The notes below the pieces were generated by a model. The model did not search any database. It saw nothing but the letters and a program-made list of their open reading frames with translations, and was not told the origin of the DNA. Source: Tubiluchus corallicola (Eukaryota; Animalia; Priapulida). From it: a stretch of DNA of 64,000 bases. Every line of letters starts with the position of its first letter. Position 1 is the first letter of the stretch. The stretch covers positions 558,001 through 622,000 of the forward strand of contig JAQGDQ010000098.1 of NCBI GenBank assembly GCA_030141605.1. The letters run 5' to 3'. A program made the position numbers and the translations under genes. Shown here one piece after another: positions 61,401 through 64,000 of this stretch.

Positions 61401-63961
61401 ATATTTGGTTTCCTTAATGTAATTTTTCACCGAAATATGACAATTATTAAAAAAAGTAACATCGGCATACCAAAGGTTCACCGAACCTTTAGTGATTACA
61501 ACCAACTGGATTTATACACTGATATTTGGGATAAAATCTTCGAATATTCGGCGCAACCCTGCCTGGAATACATTTTTGAAGTATTAAGAATGAACAAGGA
61601 TGGATTATAACATGTAACCAGCATACACTATATAGTTGGTCATTGACTTACAATCACAGCTGGTTCCAGCGAACATGCACTAAGTACCTAAGTATATGTG
61701 GCGGCGCCTATGAATGAATTTGTTGCAAAAGATTTAAAATGAATTTGCCTGAAAAATGTTAATTTGCTTATATTAGTTAATGTTAGTTTTGTATATTAAT
61801 TAATTAAATTGTGGTCATAAAGTCACACAGTCGTAAGTTGCATAGGCCATAAACCGATGAATACCCATATATAATAATTTCAGACTTGCAAAAATGGTGG
61901 TTTGAATTTACTATGTGAAACAATGTTAATGCCGTTATGTAGGTATTAAATTGATTGCAGTGATAGAAAAATCTAAATCTTAAGCCAAAACGGCATTAAA
62001 AGGGAAGCTGCTGGTAACAAAGAAAATTAAATTGAAAACTTGTTCTATTCACGAACGAAAATAATTTTGTAAGATTAAAAGGCAACAGTGTCTTCTGATT
62101 TATGCGAGATTTGTGAGCATGTCTCAAGTGCAAACGTTAAGCTTGTCAATCCACTAGAAGTACTTGAACGTATAAAATCTTGTCAGATTGCTTACGTAAT
62201 GCATAATTAATTTTTCCCCAAAATTCTAGAAATAACTGACTGATACTCAGTTTAAGCAGAGATCTCCAACAAGATGAGCACAAAAATGAACATGTAAGTA
62301 TGACTACGTGTATTTATATTATGAAAAAATTCTTAAAATGCTTTCCTCACTGACACAAGCTTATCTTCGCCCTAAATTGTTGAAAACTGTGACTTGAGTT
62401 TGAAAATTAAATAAAGTTATGTGGGTTCAGAGGTTTAACTGCAGATACCTTCGTCAATTTCTAGAACAAGCCCAGTAGAACTGCCATCATCTAGAGCGCT
62501 GACAAAATCTTTGTCTTTTATGTATGCCGGTGGTAAATCATCATCTTTAAAAAGGAATAAAAATCATAGCAAAAATGTTGCATCTACGCAGAAAAATGCT
62601 CAAAAACGATACACAAAATCAAATAAAACAACTGAAACTTTAAGAGTAATACTGCAGTTGCTTCAAATGGCATCCAAATACTACAGATGACAATCAAATT
62701 GCATTTTTAATTACGTTCAGCACAAAATTTACGAGCTAAAATGTTTCTATTACATTGGAACATGGCGCTGCAACTTTCCATGTTAGATCAGAACACAAGT
62801 ATAAGCACCATTATTTAAACTACTTTTAGAAGTGTTGTAGCTCTGCAGCTTAGTACAGCTTAGTATACTAATACTTAGCATATTGCTTTCACCCAAAAAC
62901 ACAAGGACGAAACAAGTAAAATGCGTGAAGTTACCGGAAGAATCTGGTTCGTCACGACGCGTCTTTACTCGTCGTTCGTCCGTCACCTCGCCTCGAGCGA
63001 ATGCTGCCTGCCATTCACGAGTTTCCTTTTCAAATTGCTATATTGAATTAAATGTGCAAATATATTAATAAAGTATGCATACTGACAGCAAACGTAAAAT
63101 TTGTAATAAAATTGCAATGTACATGTTATGAAGTCAAACACAATAACTTTTCGAAAAGCAATATTGGGCACACTATTACTTGACGACAATGAATTAACCT
63201 AAATCAATTTTATACAAACTTCATGAATTTTGCACAAGTATGGTTATCCCAAAAATGTGCAACTCGTTTTTGTTGCCAATATCGTTCTACTTTTGTTGGA
63301 GTAAGTAGGAGAGGCTAAGTAAGAATTACTTTATTTCAATTTTACGATGAAGGTAATGGAAGTGGAGGTGGCAGACATAGTCCTAAGCTTTACATCAAAG
63401 TTTCACTTCTGTGAAGTTCTATAGCTGCTTCTGAAGTATCTACTTATCCAAGAAATGGAAACAAATGTATAAAAATTTAATTAAATAATTTTGGCTTTGC
63501 ACAGATCTACTGAATAAGAAAAAATGTACAAAACCTTAAGTCGAATGTTATTTTAAGGAAGGTAAGTTGAACACAAACTGACTTCATTGACATAAGTGTA
63601 CTATATTACAATTATTTCGAAATGAAGCTTATTTTCCAAAAAAATTCACAAGCATCAATAGCTGTACGATGAGGGTAGCTGCTGAAAACTAAAAAATGAC
63701 AAACAACAGTTAGGCTCCAAGCACAATCAATGAAAAACTGTGAGTTGTAATTTGATGTTAAAATGTAAAACACAAATATACACATAACAGATATACACCA
63801 CAAGGAGAACACAAAATACATATAGCAGAATGTCCAAATAATGCACATACTTTCATGAAGGTGTCCACCGTTGCATCTGGCACGATGAACATAGATCTAA
63901 ACAAGTCAAACAAATCGCGTGCCTTTGTTCGTATCCTGCGGTTGTATATGTACTGCATGCA
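55491..63961 (-). CDS. 3' part of a gene continuing beyond the window; probable LEDGF/integrase-binding-domain chromatin protein (PSIP1/HDGFL2/JASPer-like) with a long low-complexity C-terminus
   Basis: Exons 63961-63851 (CMQYIYNRRIRTKARDLFDLFRSMFIVPDATVDTFMK, resembling the last helix of the LEDGF domain, IxxKAxx[LI][YF]xxFKxMFxV), 63037-62935, 62544-62449, 58484-58355, about 57370-57277 (donor uncertain), 56609-56484, 56201-56084 and 55645-55491 (stop). The exon structure is well supported; the family call rests on one short motif. Confidence 0.6.
58812..59206. repeat. Tandem repeat, 3 diverged copies of a 110-145 bp unit, upstream of the PAF-AH ORF
   Basis: Unit TTTG.CTCTTA..GA.TAAA.G.CAAA.TTTT.C.TAACAT.AACGACAAG.C.AGCA...TTTACAT.TTGAAAATAGATGTTT starts at about 58812, 58954 and 59061. 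Confidence 0.9.
59430..60656 (+). CDS. PAFAH2: Platelet-activating factor acetylhydrolase (group VII PLA2; PAFAH2/PLA2G7-like), 408 aa, coding region intronless, nested antisense in an intron
   Basis: Uninterrupted ORF with LPxPTGxxxVG, FFRLYYP, YPVVIFSHGL, DLASHGFVVASVEHRDHSA, nucleophile GHSFG, LDAWMFP (Asp) and GTVHQSQAD (His). First ATG at 59430; an upstream acceptor at 59412-59413 allows for an extra 5' exon. Confidence 0.95.
   Translation: MPPEHLPLPTGEHTVGAFDVMVGRGKDGSFFRLYYPSPKCDILEYKQRWPPWVDKIQYLDGYMNYINLNRRFGRILSHWVIGDVKVPVIWESPILREKKPYPVVIFSHGLAANRTTYSYICADLASHGFVVASVEHRDHSASATYVLNDAEQNRAKEIPAVTDTHKHSSTSYETTQTTLREEWVPFYKLHKHHDNEFNVRNKQLEIRANEVVRAFEILQKINRGEKIDNLLSPSFTTNQFEGLFDIVKGCGLMGHSFGAATVVKALAIDDRFRVGICLDAWMFPIEDEAYGKVKQPVLFINTEEFQWKANIIKEMNLCDNTSEERTLITIRGTVHQSQADFTLMVKGIVGRLFKTHGSLDPIIAMEINNQSAMAFLWTYLGYTQRESFWQLMSVNHKHVILGTNIKLH
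60903..61560. mobile_element. MITE (hAT-like termini), about 660 bp, downstream of the PAF-AH gene
   Basis: Imperfect TIRs AGGGGTGCACCAAAT (60903) and ATTCGGCGCAACCCT (ending 61560), 12/15 match. No TSD recognised. Similar AGGG-TG termini occur near 16885 and 38899, and in reverse orientation near 51030. Confidence 0.55.
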
Positions 63962-64000
63962 CTGAAAAAACAATAAACAAACAGTACGTAATGTCGCTTC

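Overview
AT-rich, intron-containing invertebrate animal genomic DNA; the organism cannot be identified from this window. Splicing the exons by hand gives nine protein-coding genes: (1) the 3' part of an uninflatable-like HYR/Sushi/Ephrin-receptor-like/EGF single-pass membrane protein (+, <1-12754); (2) a LITAF-family gene nested antisense in one of its introns; (3) TIMM8; (4) MRPL30; (5) GCNA/ACRC, an SprT protease (-); (6) PTPMT1; (7) TMED7-like p24; (8) the 3' part of a probable LEDGF/HDGFL2-type gene (-); (9) an intronless PAF-acetylhydrolase nested antisense inside gene 8. Introns carry decayed LINEs, a Tigger/pogo-like element with a LINE inserted in it, a TTAA-flanked piggyBac-type element, hAT-like MITEs and local duplications. 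The least explained signals are two GC/CpG-rich, stem-dense intergenic islands at 17.4-17.9 kb and 48.4-48.9 kb. The first contains a perfect heat-shock element and, on the minus strand, a template-plus-pseudoknot arrangement reminiscent of telomerase RNA, which is speculative. No CRISPR arrays, rRNA or tRNA genes were seen. All folds and family assignments were made by eye from recalled family motifs, not by computation.
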